Positions 29,490 to 39,852 of a stretch of DNA of 64,000 bases are shown piece after piece. The stretch is from Oscillospiraceae bacterium (GTDB lineage Bacteria > Bacillota > Clostridia > Oscillospirales > CAG-272), in the NCBI GenBank assembly GCA_015064415.1, contig SVSG01000005.1, positions 29,273 through 93,272 of the forward strand. Reading direction: 5' to 3'. Within the stretch, counting starts at the first letter, position 1. The number at the start of each line of letters is the position of its first letter. Under the pieces are notes generated by a model. That model saw nothing but the letters and a program-made list of their open reading frames with translations, was not told where the DNA came from and did not search any database. Position numbers and translations under genes: made by a program.

Positions 29490-30334
29490 GAAAGGTGATC
29501 GCCAAGGAAGCGCTACAACCGGGTAAGTTCCTGCGCTTGTGCTACCGCTCCCGTCTCGGCAAGCCGCTTTTGTGGCTTTCCACCCGCCGCTTTGTTTCCA
29601 AAATTGCCGGATGCTATCTGGACAGCCGCCTCTCGCGCGGTATGATCAAGGGCTACGCCAAGCGCAACAACATTGACCTTTCGCAGTACGAAGAAGGGCC
29701 CTTCCCCTCCTTCAACGCGTTTTTTACGCGCCGCATCCGCCCTGAGCTGCGCCCCTTTTGTGCTGATCCCTGCGCCTTCCCCTCCCCTTGCGACAGCAAG
29801 CTTTCCGTTTACCGCATCGACGGGGACTGCCGCTTTGAGATCAAGGGCTTCACCTACACCGCACAAACGCTTTTGAAAAACGAGGAGCTTGCCGCACGCT
29901 ATGCGGGCGGACTTTGCCTTGTATTCCGCCTTTGCGTGGACGATTACCACCGCTACCATTACCCCGACAACTGCACGCACGGCGCGCCCGTATTTCTCAA
30001 GGGTCGCCTGCATACAGTGCAGCCCATCGCACTTGAAAATCGCCGCGTATTCACGGAAAACTGCCGCGAATACACCGTGCTTCACACGGAAAATTTCGGG
30101 GATATCACGCAGGTGGAGGTCGGGGCCTTGATGGTTGGCCGTATCGTCAACAATCACAAGGACGGCGCCCACAAGCGCGGCGAGGAAAAGGGCCGGTTTG
30201 AATTCGGTGGCTCAACCATCGTGCTCCTCGTGGAAAAGGACCGCGTATGCTTGGATGAAGAATTTTTCCAAAACACCGAAAACGGCAACGAGACCGTTGT
30301 TCGCTGCGGCGAGCGGATCGGTTGCAAGCTTTGA
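29486..30334 (+). CDS. psd: Phosphatidylserine decarboxylase
   Basis: FNAFFTR, SPCD, DYHRYH, VGALMVG, FGGST autocleavage motif. Confidence 0.92.
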   Translation: MRKVIAKEALQPGKFLRLCYRSRLGKPLLWLSTRRFVSKIAGCYLDSRLSRGMIKGYAKRNNIDLSQYEEGPFPSFNAFFTRRIRPELRPFCADPCAFPSPCDSKLSVYRIDGDCRFEIKGFTYTAQTLLKNEELAARYAGGLCLVFRLCVDDYHRYHYPDNCTHGAPVFLKGRLHTVQPIALENRRVFTENCREYTVLHTENFGDITQVEVGALMVGRIVNNHKDGAHKRGEEKGRFEFGGSTIVLLVEKDRVCLDEEFFQNTENGNETVVRCGERIGCKL

Positions 30335-30337
30335 AAT

Positions 30338-30379
30338 AACAAAAGAAGTGCTTGGCAAATGCCAAGCACTTCTTTTGTT
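30338..30379. terminator. Bidirectional terminator between psd and DUF1385
   Basis: AACAAAAGAAGTGCTTGGC-aaat-GCCAAGCACTTCTTTTGTT. Confidence 0.85.
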
Positions 30380-31419
30380 TATTCTTCACACGATGCGGCC
30401 TGCGCGGCGGCGATCTCCGCGTCCTTTTCCTCTTCGGGAAGGACGGCGATGAAGGCCTTGATGGCGCATTCGATCATATCGTCGGTGGGCTCCTTCACGG
30501 TGACGCGCTGCAGCCACAGCCCGGGCGCCGAGAGGATACGGGTGAAAATATTATCGTATCGCCCCGCAAGCTTCAAAATCTCGTAGCCGACCCCCATATT
30601 GATGGGGAAAAGCAAGAGCTTGAGCAGGGTGCGAAGCACGGTATACAGTGTGGGGGAAATGCCGTCAAACTCCGCGGGGATCAAAAATCCGATCAGGATG
30701 CTGACCAGCATCATCAAAATCAGGAAAGAGGTGCCGCAACGGGGGTGGAAGCGGCGCTGTTCCCTCACGTTTGCCACGGTAAGGGGAACACCGTTCTCGT
30801 AGCAGAAGATGGTTTTATGCTCGGCCCCATGGTACATGAAGGTGCGGCGAATATCCTTCATCAAAAGCATCGCCGCCATATAGGCCACGATGATCAGAAT
30901 CTTCAAAACGCCCTCAAAGGCGGAGCGCAACCAGCGATTTCCGACCCAAGCTTCAGGGAACAAAAGCTCCAGCTTGGAATATAGAAAGGCGGGCAGCCAC
31001 ATGAACAGAAAGAGCGCCAGCAAAACGGCAAACACCACGGAGAAAATCTTCACCGCAAGCATCGCCCCGTCACTGATCCCCTTTTGCGGCTCCTGCACGG
31101 TTTTTTCGCCCTCAGAGCCATTCTGCGCCGCATCCTCATCCGGCATTTCCTCAAGGGCAATGTCAGCAGAGCGCATCAACGCCTTATAACCGATCACCAT
31201 AGAATCAATAAAGCCAAATACACCGCGCACGATCGGCCAGCGGCAGATCGCGGGGCGCTTCTTCTTTTTGATCTCCTCTTCCTCGAAAAAGATCTCGCCG
31301 TTCGGGCGGCGCACCGCCATCGCGCTCTTTTTCGGGCCGCGCATCATAATGCCCTCCATCAGCGCCTGACCGCCGATCGAGGTTTTACGCCGCGCGCAAC
31401 ATACTTCCTTATCTTTCAT
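30379..31419 (-). CDS. DUF1385 (YqhQ-like) membrane protein
   Basis: IGGQALMEGIMMR, YHGAEHK, HPRCGTSF, PGLWLQ..T.KEP. Confidence 0.9.
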   Translation of the reverse strand: MKDKEVCCARRKTSIGGQALMEGIMMRGPKKSAMAVRRPNGEIFFEEEEIKKKKRPAICRWPIVRGVFGFIDSMVIGYKALMRSADIALEEMPDEDAAQNGSEGEKTVQEPQKGISDGAMLAVKIFSVVFAVLLALFLFMWLPAFLYSKLELLFPEAWVGNRWLRSAFEGVLKILIIVAYMAAMLLMKDIRRTFMYHGAEHKTIFCYENGVPLTVANVREQRRFHPRCGTSFLILMMLVSILIGFLIPAEFDGISPTLYTVLRTLLKLLLFPINMGVGYEILKLAGRYDNIFTRILSAPGLWLQRVTVKEPTDDMIECAIKAFIAVLPEEEKDAEIAAAQAASCEE

Positions 31420-31505
31420 ACAGTTCCTTTCACGGGGAAATGGCCGTTACAGTTTGAAACCCATGCTGCAACGGCCATTTATGAATTCACGTCTGTTATC
31501 TTGTT

Positions 31506-32630
31506 TTACTTGCTGCCCATGGACTTGCGGTGCTTCTCCAACAGGTTGTGGATACGCTTGGCAGGATTGAGCAGATTGCTGATGGTCTCGTCATGGTTCA
31601 ACGTGTCGATGATGTATGCCACGTACTTGCACATATTGACCTCTACGTACCACTCCTTGGAAAGCAGCTCGGGAGAGCGGTAAACCAGGTTGGTGGTGAA
31701 GATGCGGTCGATGATACCGTCCTTGAAGGCCTTATCGAACTTTTCCAGACCGTCGGTAAACAGACCGAAGGTATCGAAGCAGAAGATGCGCTTTGCGCCC
31801 TTCTCCTTGAGCTGCTGCGCCACGTCAAGCAAGGACTCACCGGAGGAGATCATATCGTCCACGATGATGGCATCCTTACCGTGCAGGTCACGGCCAAGGT
31901 ATTCGTGTGCCTCAATGGGGTTGCGGCCGTTCACGATCTTGGCGTAGTTACGGCGCTTGTAGAACATACCGATGTCCAGACCCATCATAGAGGAGAAGTA
32001 CATGCAACGGCCCATAGCGCCCTCATCGGGAGAAATGATGACCATATCCTCTTTGTCGATGGAAATATCGGGATACTGACGGACCAGCGCCTTGATCATC
32101 TGATAGGTGGGACGCACGTCGTCAAAGCCGTTGAGCGGGATGGCATTCTGAATGCGGGGGTCGTGTGCATCAAAGGTGATGAAGTTCTGCACGCCCATAC
32201 CGACAAGCTCCTGCAGCATCAGTGCGCAGTCCAACGACTCGCGGTGAGAGCGTCTGTGCTGACGTCCCTCGTAGAGCATCGGCATAATGACCGAGACGCG
32301 GCGTGCCTTGCCTGCGATGGCGGCGATCACGCGCTTGAGGTCGGCGTAATGGTCATCGGGGCTCATGGGCACCTGTTTACCGTACATATTATAGGTAACG
32401 CTGTAATTAAAGGGATCGCACACGATATAAACGTCGTGTCCGCGCAAGGACTGGTGAAGCATACCCTTTGCCTCGCCCGTGCTAAAACGGGGGCACTCTG
32501 CCTTGGCAAGGAAGGATTCCTCACCGCCGTGGCGGCGCCATTCCTTCAAATAGTTGTCAACCTGGGTCACGAACTGCTCGCAACCGCTCATACCGATGAC
32601 ACTGAGTTCCCCGAAAAGTACTTCCTTCAT
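31506..32630 (-). CDS. prs: Ribose-phosphate pyrophosphokinase (long clostridial type)
   Basis: RFSTGEAK, MPMLYEGRQHR, FDAH, SPDEGA, IIVDDMISSGES. Confidence 0.92.
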   Translation of the reverse strand: MKEVLFGELSVIGMSGCEQFVTQVDNYLKEWRRHGGEESFLAKAECPRFSTGEAKGMLHQSLRGHDVYIVCDPFNYSVTYNMYGKQVPMSPDDHYADLKRVIAAIAGKARRVSVIMPMLYEGRQHRRSHRESLDCALMLQELVGMGVQNFITFDAHDPRIQNAIPLNGFDDVRPTYQMIKALVRQYPDISIDKEDMVIISPDEGAMGRCMYFSSMMGLDIGMFYKRRNYAKIVNGRNPIEAHEYLGRDLHGKDAIIVDDMISSGESLLDVAQQLKEKGAKRIFCFDTFGLFTDGLEKFDKAFKDGIIDRIFTTNLVYRSPELLSKEWYVEVNMCKYVAYIIDTLNHDETISNLLNPAKRIHNLLEKHRKSMGSK

Positions 32631-32768
32631 AAAAAACCTCCGCGCTGAAAATTATTGATTGATCGGGACCGTGTTTTCATCACGAAAACAGATGTAAGTA
32701 TATTATAACATATTATTTCCGTTTTGAAAACCCCCTTTTCGGGATTTTTTGACGGAAAAACGATAAAT

Positions 32769-34250
32769 TTAGATCTGTGCGTCGCAAATCTTACAGAACC
32801 GGGCGTAGGCATCCTCCCACTCGGCACGGTCTGCGGTGGGCTCGTAAACCACGGGGTCGAAGGAGTCGCGCACAAGAGCACGTGCCTCGGAAAGGTCCTT
32901 GAGCTCGCCTGCTGCAATGTACTGCATGCAAAGGTTACCGATGGCAGTTGCCTCCACAGGGCCTGCAATCACGGGTACGTTGCACGCGTGCGCGGCAAGC
33001 TGGCAAAGGAAGGTATCCTTGGTGCCGCCGCCCACGATGTGAATGGCCTTGACGGGCTTACCGCGCAGCGCAGAGATGCCGTCCATGGTATAGCGGTAAC
33101 GAAGTGCCAGGCTTTCCATAATGACGCGCACGATCTGACCCTCGTTTTCCGGCACGTGCTGGCCCGTCAGCTCGCAGAAGCGACGGATGCGCTCGGGCAT
33201 GTTGCCGGGCGTGGCGAACATCGGATGGTCGGGATTGATGAAGGAGACAAGCGGCTTCTCTGCCTCGGCAAAATTCTGCAGATCGGCAAAGCTGAAGTCC
33301 TTGCCCTCACGCTTCCATTGACGGCGGGATTCCTGCACCGTCCAAAGGCCCATAATGTTCTTGAGGAAACGGATGGTGCCCATCGCGCCGCCCTCGTTGG
33401 AGAAGTTGAGTGCGCGGCACTGCTCGTTATTGAGGGGAGCATTCAGCTCGGCACCCATCAGCGACCACGTACCGCTGGAAATGTAGATGAAATCATCCTG
33501 CGCGGCGGGCACGGCGATGACGGCACTTGCCGTATCGTGAGAGGCCACGTTGAACACCTTGAAATTCACGCCGCCCAGCTCCTCGCTGACCTCGCGGGAA
33601 AGGGTGCCAAGGCAGTTGCCGGGCTCGACCAGATTGTCGATCAACTGCGGGAGCCCCAGCTTTTGGAAGATCTCGGGTGCGACCTTACGGGTGGCGGCGT
33701 TGAGCAACGCGCCCGTGGAGGCGATGGTGTACTCGGTCGCCTTCACGCCCGTGAGGAAGTAGTTGAGCAGATCGGGGATAAACAGCATCTGCTTGGCGGC
33801 GGCCTGCAATTCGGGGTTGTCGCGCTGATCGGCAACAAGCTGATATACGGTATTGAAATTCAGGGTCTGAATGCCCGTGATATCATACAGCTCCTTGGCA
33901 GAGATCTTGTCCTCAATGGCGGCGGGAAGCCCGTCGGTGCGAGTGTCACGGTAGTGCATCGGGTTACCAAGCAGCTGACCGTACTTGTCGATATAGCCGT
34001 AGTCCACGCCCCAGGTGTCAATGCCCATACCCACGATCTTCTCGCCGGAAAGGCCCGCTTCGCGGATCGACTGCTTGATCTCGTGGAAGATGCGCAGGAT
34101 ATCCCAACGGAAATGCCCCGAAACGGTAACGGGATCGTTGGAAAAACGATGATTTTCGCGCAGGGTGAGTTTGCTGCCGTTGTAGCTGCCCACGATGCCG
34201 CGGCCGCTGGAAGCGCCCAGGTCGATGGCTAACATTTTCAAGTCTTTCAT
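32769..34250 (-). CDS. rhaB: Rhamnulokinase-family FGGY sugar kinase
   Basis: AIDLGASSGR, GIDTWGVDY, YRDTRT, HDTASAV, SSGTWSLMG, NIMGLW, GPVEATAIGN. Confidence 0.85.
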   Translation of the reverse strand: MKDLKMLAIDLGASSGRGIVGSYNGSKLTLRENHRFSNDPVTVSGHFRWDILRIFHEIKQSIREAGLSGEKIVGMGIDTWGVDYGYIDKYGQLLGNPMHYRDTRTDGLPAAIEDKISAKELYDITGIQTLNFNTVYQLVADQRDNPELQAAAKQMLFIPDLLNYFLTGVKATEYTIASTGALLNAATRKVAPEIFQKLGLPQLIDNLVEPGNCLGTLSREVSEELGGVNFKVFNVASHDTASAVIAVPAAQDDFIYISSGTWSLMGAELNAPLNNEQCRALNFSNEGGAMGTIRFLKNIMGLWTVQESRRQWKREGKDFSFADLQNFAEAEKPLVSFINPDHPMFATPGNMPERIRRFCELTGQHVPENEGQIVRVIMESLALRYRYTMDGISALRGKPVKAIHIVGGGTKDTFLCQLAAHACNVPVIAGPVEATAIGNLCMQYIAAGELKDLSEARALVRDSFDPVVYEPTADRAEWEDAYARFCKICDAQI

Positions 34251-34281
34251 AATTGTAAACTCCTTTATTTCAAATGCAAAT

Positions 34282-36657
34282 TTATTTCAGTTCTACCACG
34301 GTCACGCCGCTGTCCCCTTCACCGAACTGGCCGATGCGGAAGCTCGCAATACGCTTGTCTTTTTTCAGATATTTCCAAAGCGCCTGGCGCAGCATGCCTG
34401 TGCCCTTGCCGTGAATGAGGCGCACGGTATGGAAGCCCGCGATGATGGCAGTGTCAAAGTACTTATCCACCATAAACCACGCTTCGTCTCCCATTTTGCC
34501 GCGCAGGTCGATCTCGCCGTGGAAATCGCGCGACACCATCGCGCGCACGTTGCCGGAGCTCGTCTTTTTGTCCTTTTCCTGCTTTTTCTCGACAAGGCGC
34601 AGATTTTCTATCTTTGTTTTCGTACGGAATGCCCCTGCCTGCACCATCACGGTGCCGCGGTCGGGATCGGAGAGCAGCGTGCCCTCCTTGCCGATGTCCA
34701 CAAGGAACACGGTGTCGCCCTTTTTGAGCGGGCGCGGCAGGACGTAATCCTCATTAGAGCGCTCCTCCACGGGATTGAACTTTTCCTCGTTCTCACGCAG
34801 ATGCGCGCGCACGGCACGGCGCGTGGCGTCCAGATGCTCGCCAAGGCGCTCGCTTTCGCGTTGCTTGCGCACCTCCTCAAGCTGAGCGAAGATAAATTCG
34901 CTCGACGCTCTCGCGCTCTCCACCATGGCCGTAGCGCGGGATTGTGCGCTGTTCAGCGCCTTTTCGGCGTCCTCGCGCAGCTTTGCGGCATCGCGCTCGG
35001 CGGCCGCCTGTGTGCTTTCAATATGAATACGCAATCGCTCTGCCTCGTCGCGCTGACGCTCCATTTCAAGGCGCGCCGCCTCCAGCTGCTCGATCACGTT
35101 TTCAAATCGGCGGTTTTCGCTGCTGATCAGCGACTTGGCCTCCGCAACCACGCGTGGGGGCAGACCCAGCTTTTCCGAAATGGCAAACGCGTTGGATTTA
35201 CCCGGTGTGCCGATGATCAAACGGTAGGTGGGGCGCAGCGTCGCCACGTCAAACTCGCAGGAGGCGTTCTGCACCCCCTCGGTATCCAGCGCAAAGGCCT
35301 TCAGCTCCGCATAGTGGGTGGTCACGGCACAAAGCGCGCCTGCGCGCCTTGCCTCCGAAATGATCGCCACCGCCAGCGCCGCGCCCTCCACGGGGTCGGT
35401 GCCGGCGCCCAGCTCGTCGAAAAGCACCAACGCGTTCGGCGAGAGCGCTTGCACGATGGAAACGATGTGCACCATGTGCGAGGAGAAGGTGGAAAGCGAT
35501 TGCTCGATGCTCTGCTCGTCACCCAGATCCACCAGCACGCGGTCAAAAAGGCAAAGCTTAGAGCCCTCCGCGGCGGGGATAAACAAGCCGGATTGCGCCA
35601 TCAGCGCAAAAAGGCCGAGCGTTTTGAGCGTGACGGTCTTGCCGCCCGTGTTGGGACCCGTGATGATGAGCGCATCCCACGCGCCGCCAAGCGAAACCGT
35701 GATCGGCACCACGCGCTCCTTGTCGATCAGCGGATGGCGCGCCGAAAGCAAGCGCACCTCGCGCTCGCGGCAGATGATGGGGCGCACCGCCTGCATATTT
35801 TCCGCCAGCTTGCCGCAGGCAAACAAAAAGGCAAGCTCGGTGATATTGCGATAATTGAGATTGAGCGCGCCCGTTTGCACGGCGACGGCGCCTGAAAGCT
35901 CAAAAAGAATGCGGTCGATCTCGTGCTGCTCCTTCGCCTCCAGCATGCGGAGCTCGTTGTTGGCATCCACCACCGCCATCGGCTCGACGAAGATCGTCGC
36001 GCCCGAGGAGGAGGTGTCGTGAATGAGGCCCTTGATCTCGTTTTTGCTCTCCACGCGCACGGGTATAACGTAGCGCCCCCCACGTTGGGTGACGATATGC
36101 TCCTGCAAGTGGCGGGAGTAGGTACTGCTTGTGATATAATGCTGCAAGGTCTCCTTAATGCGGTTGTTTGCCGCGCGGATCTTGCGGCGGATGTCACCGA
36201 GCGCGGGGCTTGCCTCGTCGGCGATCGTTTCCTCCGAGATGATGGCGCGATAGATCTTGTCCTCTAGCTTGCGGTCGGGCATCAGTCGCTCAAAGATCTC
36301 ATCCAGCACCGTTTCAAAATGGCGGTTGGTGCGGCTGTACTCCGAAAGCCCGCGCGCGGTGCGCAAGATATTGCCCACGTCCAAAAGCTCACGCGTGGTG
36401 AGGGTCGCTCCCTTCCCCGCGCGCTCCAGAGCGTCCGCAGGATCCTTGACGTGCCCGAAGGAGGGCATGCCCTTATCCGAGAGCAACGCCATCGCGTCAC
36501 CCGTGCGGGCAAGGCGCCGTTCCACCGTTTGCTCGTCGTCATCGGGCAAAAGCGCCAACGCCAGCTCCCGCGCGCCCACCGTCGGGGCGCAGGCGGCAAG
36601 CATCGCAAGGACCTTGTCATATTCCAATGTATTTTTCGTTCGTTCGTCTGTTCTCAT
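34282..36657 (-). CDS. mutS2: Endonuclease MutS2
   Basis: TGPNTGGKT, SLSTFSSHM, DELGAGTDP, C-terminal Smr domain (DLRG...IHGKGTG). Confidence 0.95.
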   Translation of the reverse strand: MRTDERTKNTLEYDKVLAMLAACAPTVGARELALALLPDDDEQTVERRLARTGDAMALLSDKGMPSFGHVKDPADALERAGKGATLTTRELLDVGNILRTARGLSEYSRTNRHFETVLDEIFERLMPDRKLEDKIYRAIISEETIADEASPALGDIRRKIRAANNRIKETLQHYITSSTYSRHLQEHIVTQRGGRYVIPVRVESKNEIKGLIHDTSSSGATIFVEPMAVVDANNELRMLEAKEQHEIDRILFELSGAVAVQTGALNLNYRNITELAFLFACGKLAENMQAVRPIICREREVRLLSARHPLIDKERVVPITVSLGGAWDALIITGPNTGGKTVTLKTLGLFALMAQSGLFIPAAEGSKLCLFDRVLVDLGDEQSIEQSLSTFSSHMVHIVSIVQALSPNALVLFDELGAGTDPVEGAALAVAIISEARRAGALCAVTTHYAELKAFALDTEGVQNASCEFDVATLRPTYRLIIGTPGKSNAFAISEKLGLPPRVVAEAKSLISSENRRFENVIEQLEAARLEMERQRDEAERLRIHIESTQAAAERDAAKLREDAEKALNSAQSRATAMVESARASSEFIFAQLEEVRKQRESERLGEHLDATRRAVRAHLRENEEKFNPVEERSNEDYVLPRPLKKGDTVFLVDIGKEGTLLSDPDRGTVMVQAGAFRTKTKIENLRLVEKKQEKDKKTSSGNVRAMVSRDFHGEIDLRGKMGDEAWFMVDKYFDTAIIAGFHTVRLIHGKGTGMLRQALWKYLKKDKRIASFRIGQFGEGDSGVTVVELK

Positions 36658-37472
36658 ATTCCCTCTTTTTTGGGTATCAGGGCTTCCAATTTCTTATAGT
36701 TTTCCAGCGAGACAAAGCTGCGCTCCAGATGATGCAGCAAATAGGCCTCGGCGGCGCGCGAAAACTCCTCTTGCACACGCGCATCCGTGATGCGGAAGGC
36801 AAAAATGCGCTTTGGGCTTGCCGTGGCCACAAAGGAGATCGCCGCCGCGCCGCCCGCCGACAAGGGGCAAAGCAACGTGCGCTCGCCAAGATCATCGATC
36901 TCGGGCAAGGGCACGAGCGCCGTGCGCTTGGAAAGGCACCCCGCGCACACAAACGCGCCGTTCATCACGTCAAGATATCCATCCCCCGCCACGGGAGCGT
37001 GGCAATCGTGACAATGAGAAAGATCGGGCGCAAATCCCGCAACACATGCCGCGCGCAACTCAAACGCCGCCTTGATGCGGGCGTTTTCCCCCTCCGTATT
37101 GGCCAGCGCGTGCAGGGTGTTCAGCGTCAAGGGCAGGATCTCCCCCGCGGGCTCGCGCTCGTCGGAAAGCTCGCTTGCGACCTCCGCCACGTAGGCCGCC
37201 AGAAACAGCTTGTCCATATCGTAGCGCAACCCCGCAAAGCTTTCGCGGCTGGTGGCGTTTTTGACCCACTTGACACCGTTTTTTTCGTAAAATTCAATAT
37301 TGCTCCAGGTATAGGGCTCGGTTGCCGCGACCTCACGTCGGTGGATCGAGCCCGCGCCCTTCACAATGGCATAAAAGCGGCCGAAATCCGCGGTCAGCAC
37401 CGTGATCAGCCGATCGTGCTCGCCGCGCTCGATCGAACGCAATATCAAAGCGTCAGCCGTAAAATGCTGCAC
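36654..37472 (-). CDS. recO: DNA repair protein RecO
   Basis: GEHDRLITVLT..FG, zinc motifs CHDC/CAGC; follows era. Confidence 0.9.
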   Translation of the reverse strand: MQHFTADALILRSIERGEHDRLITVLTADFGRFYAIVKGAGSIHRREVAATEPYTWSNIEFYEKNGVKWVKNATSRESFAGLRYDMDKLFLAAYVAEVASELSDEREPAGEILPLTLNTLHALANTEGENARIKAAFELRAACVAGFAPDLSHCHDCHAPVAGDGYLDVMNGAFVCAGCLSKRTALVPLPEIDDLGERTLLCPLSAGGAAAISFVATASPKRIFAFRITDARVQEEFSRAAEAYLLHHLERSFVSLENYKKLEALIPKKEGI

Positions 37473-37475
37473 GGC

Positions 37476-38363
37476 TTATTTCTCCTCGCGGTAGCCGAAA
37501 TTGCCCACGGCGGCAGCGCTTTCGCGCCAGTTTTCCTTCACCTTGACCCACAAATCCAAAAAGACCTTGGTGCCGAACAGCTTTTCCAGATCCTCGCGTG
37601 CATAGGTGCCCACGCGCTTGAGCTCCGCGCCGCCCTTGCCGACAATGATGCCCTTGTGTGAGGCCTTCTCACAGAAGATCTCGGCACGGATGCGGATCAA
37701 GGATTTTTCATCCTTGAACTCCTCGATCACCACGGCAACGCCGTGCGGCACCTCCTTGTTGAGCGTGCGCAACAGCTTTTCGCGGATGATCTCAGCGGCC
37801 ATCTGGCGCTCGGGCTGGTCGGTCATCATATCCTCGGGGAAGAACCACTCCCCCTCACCAAGCAACTTTTCACACTCCGCAAGCACGGCGCTCACCAGCT
37901 TGCCGTTTTTCGCGCAGGTGGGTACCACCGCCTCGAAATCATGCTTTTCGGCATAGCTCTTGATCGCCTCCGCCACGGCGGCACCGTCCACAAGATCGGT
38001 TTTGTTCAGCGCCAGCACGCAAGGGGTACCGGATTGCTTCAGATAGGTGATGACGTTTTCCTCCACGGAGGAAATGGGGCGCCCCACGTCCGCCATCAGC
38101 ACCACCACGTCCGCCTCCAGCATCGAGGACTTGGCCGCCTCGACCATATAATCGCCAAGACGGTTTTGCGGGCGATGAATGCCTGGGGTGTCCACGAAAA
38201 TAAACTGTGTTTCCCCTTGGGTCAGAATGCCGAGAATGCGGTTTCTGGTGGTCTGGGGCTTGGCTGAAACGATCGCCACCTTTTCCCCAAGCAGCGCATT
38301 CAAAAGGGTGGATTTGCCCACGTTGGGGCGACCGACGATCGCAATATATCCTGCTTTTTTCAT
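37476..38363 (-). CDS. era: GTPase Era
   Basis: GRPNVGKST, QTTRN, DTPG, NKTD, KH domain; ATG at 38363. Confidence 0.95.
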   Translation of the reverse strand: MKKAGYIAIVGRPNVGKSTLLNALLGEKVAIVSAKPQTTRNRILGILTQGETQFIFVDTPGIHRPQNRLGDYMVEAAKSSMLEADVVVLMADVGRPISSVEENVITYLKQSGTPCVLALNKTDLVDGAAVAEAIKSYAEKHDFEAVVPTCAKNGKLVSAVLAECEKLLGEGEWFFPEDMMTDQPERQMAAEIIREKLLRTLNKEVPHGVAVVIEEFKDEKSLIRIRAEIFCEKASHKGIIVGKGGAELKRVGTYAREDLEKLFGTKVFLDLWVKVKENWRESAAAVGNFGYREEK

Positions 38364-38827
38364 ACTGTCTCCTTCTGCACGCCAAGGCCCATTTTCTCGA
38401 CGATGGCGGTCTGTCTTTGTCTCATATCCTGTTCCTCTTCCTCGCCGTTCACGTGATCGTATCCAAGCAAATGCAGGGTGGAATGCACGGTAAGAAAGGC
38501 GCATTCGCGCTCAAAGCTGTGGCCGAACTCCTCAGCCTGTGCCGCACACTTTTCCAGCGAGAGCACGATGTCACCCAGCTGCTTCGTGCCGCCACACGTC
38601 TCGAAAAGCGGGAAGGAAAGCACGTCGGTGGGGGCATCGATCTCGCGGTATTCGCGATTGATGGCACGGATTCCGTCGTTATCGGTAAAGGTCACAGAGA
38701 CCTCAGAGGGGTCCGTCACGCCCTCAAAGGAAAGTGCGGCCTCAATGGCGCGACGCACCAGTATCTTCAGCGCGTAATTCACGCGATATTTCCCTTGGGA
38801 ATCCTCAAAATAAATATGCAAGCTCAT
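38360..38827 (-). CDS. ybeY: rRNA maturation RNase YbeY
   Basis: PTDVLSFP, LGDIV, HSTLHLLGYDH. Confidence 0.95.
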   Translation of the reverse strand: MSLHIYFEDSQGKYRVNYALKILVRRAIEAALSFEGVTDPSEVSVTFTDNDGIRAINREYREIDAPTDVLSFPLFETCGGTKQLGDIVLSLEKCAAQAEEFGHSFERECAFLTVHSTLHLLGYDHVNGEEEEQDMRQRQTAIVEKMGLGVQKETV

Positions 38828-39840
38828 TTGCCGCCCTCCTCTTTTTTCTTTTGCTTTGCCTGGGGCTTGCGGCTCTCGCGCTCAAAGCGCTCGTAGGCGA
38901 GGATGATCTCCTGCACCAGCTTATGCCGCACCACGTCCTTGTCGGTGAACTGATGGATGAAAATATCCTCGATCCCCGCAAGGATCTTCACCGCCATGGC
39001 AAGGCCGCTTTTTTGCCCCGATGGCAGGTCCGTTTGTGTCAGGTCGCCCGTCACCACCGCCTTGGAGCGGAAGCCCAGACGCGTGAGGAACATTTTCATT
39101 TGTTCGGGCGTGGCGTTCTGTGCCTCGTCCAGAATGATAAAACTGTCATCGAGCGTGCGCCCGCGCATGTAAGCAAGCGGTGCCACCTCGATCACCTGCT
39201 TTTCCACCAGCTTGGCATAATTCTCCGGCCCCATCATCTCGTAAAGCGCATCGTAAAGGGGACGCAGATAGGGGTCGATCTTGCTTTGCAGGTCACCGGG
39301 CAAAAAGCCGAGCTTTTCCCCCGCCTCGATCGCAGGACGCGTCAGAATGATGCGGCTGACCTCTCCCGCGCGCAAGGCCTTGACGGCCATGGCCACGGCA
39401 AGAAAGGTCTTGCCCGTTCCCGCAGGCCCCACGCCAAGCACGATGGTGTTTTTGGCAATGGCGTTGACGTATTTTCTCTGTCCGACGGTCTTGGCGCGCA
39501 CAGGTTTTCCACGCGAGGTAATGCAGATCGCACTGTCATCCAGCGCGCTCAGCTCCTCGGCGCGTCCGTCGCGCACCATACCGATCAGGTAGGAAACGCG
39601 CTGCTCCGGAATCTCCTCGGCGCGTCCCGCCTCATCCTTCAGCCGCTCCATCACAATGGCGGCCCCGCGCACGCGATCCGCGTCAAGCCCGCTGATCAGC
39701 ACCGTGTCTCCCATGGCGTCCGAGCGGTTGCGAATATCCACGCCAAAGGCGTTTTCCACCGCGCGCACGTGCGCGTCGCACGCGCCAAACATACGCGCTG
39801 TCAGGTCACTGTGGCCGATCCGTACGATTTCCTGAGCCAT
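38824..39840 (-). CDS. phoH: PhoH-family ATPase
   Basis: GPAGTGKT, RPAIEAGEKLGFLPG, LAYMRGRT, DEAQN. Confidence 0.95.
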   Translation of the reverse strand: MAQEIVRIGHSDLTARMFGACDAHVRAVENAFGVDIRNRSDAMGDTVLISGLDADRVRGAAIVMERLKDEAGRAEEIPEQRVSYLIGMVRDGRAEELSALDDSAICITSRGKPVRAKTVGQRKYVNAIAKNTIVLGVGPAGTGKTFLAVAMAVKALRAGEVSRIILTRPAIEAGEKLGFLPGDLQSKIDPYLRPLYDALYEMMGPENYAKLVEKQVIEVAPLAYMRGRTLDDSFIILDEAQNATPEQMKMFLTRLGFRSKAVVTGDLTQTDLPSGQKSGLAMAVKILAGIEDIFIHQFTDKDVVRHKLVQEIILAYERFERESRKPQAKQKKKEEGGK

Positions 39841-39852
39841 AAAATTCCTCCA

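Noticed and set aside
31530-35895. Long plus-strand ORFs opposite prs, rhaB and mutS2 (also 23735-25231, 43372-45885, 62290-63750)
   Set aside because: These are antisense shadows of well-supported genes with biased codons and show no recognisable motifs.
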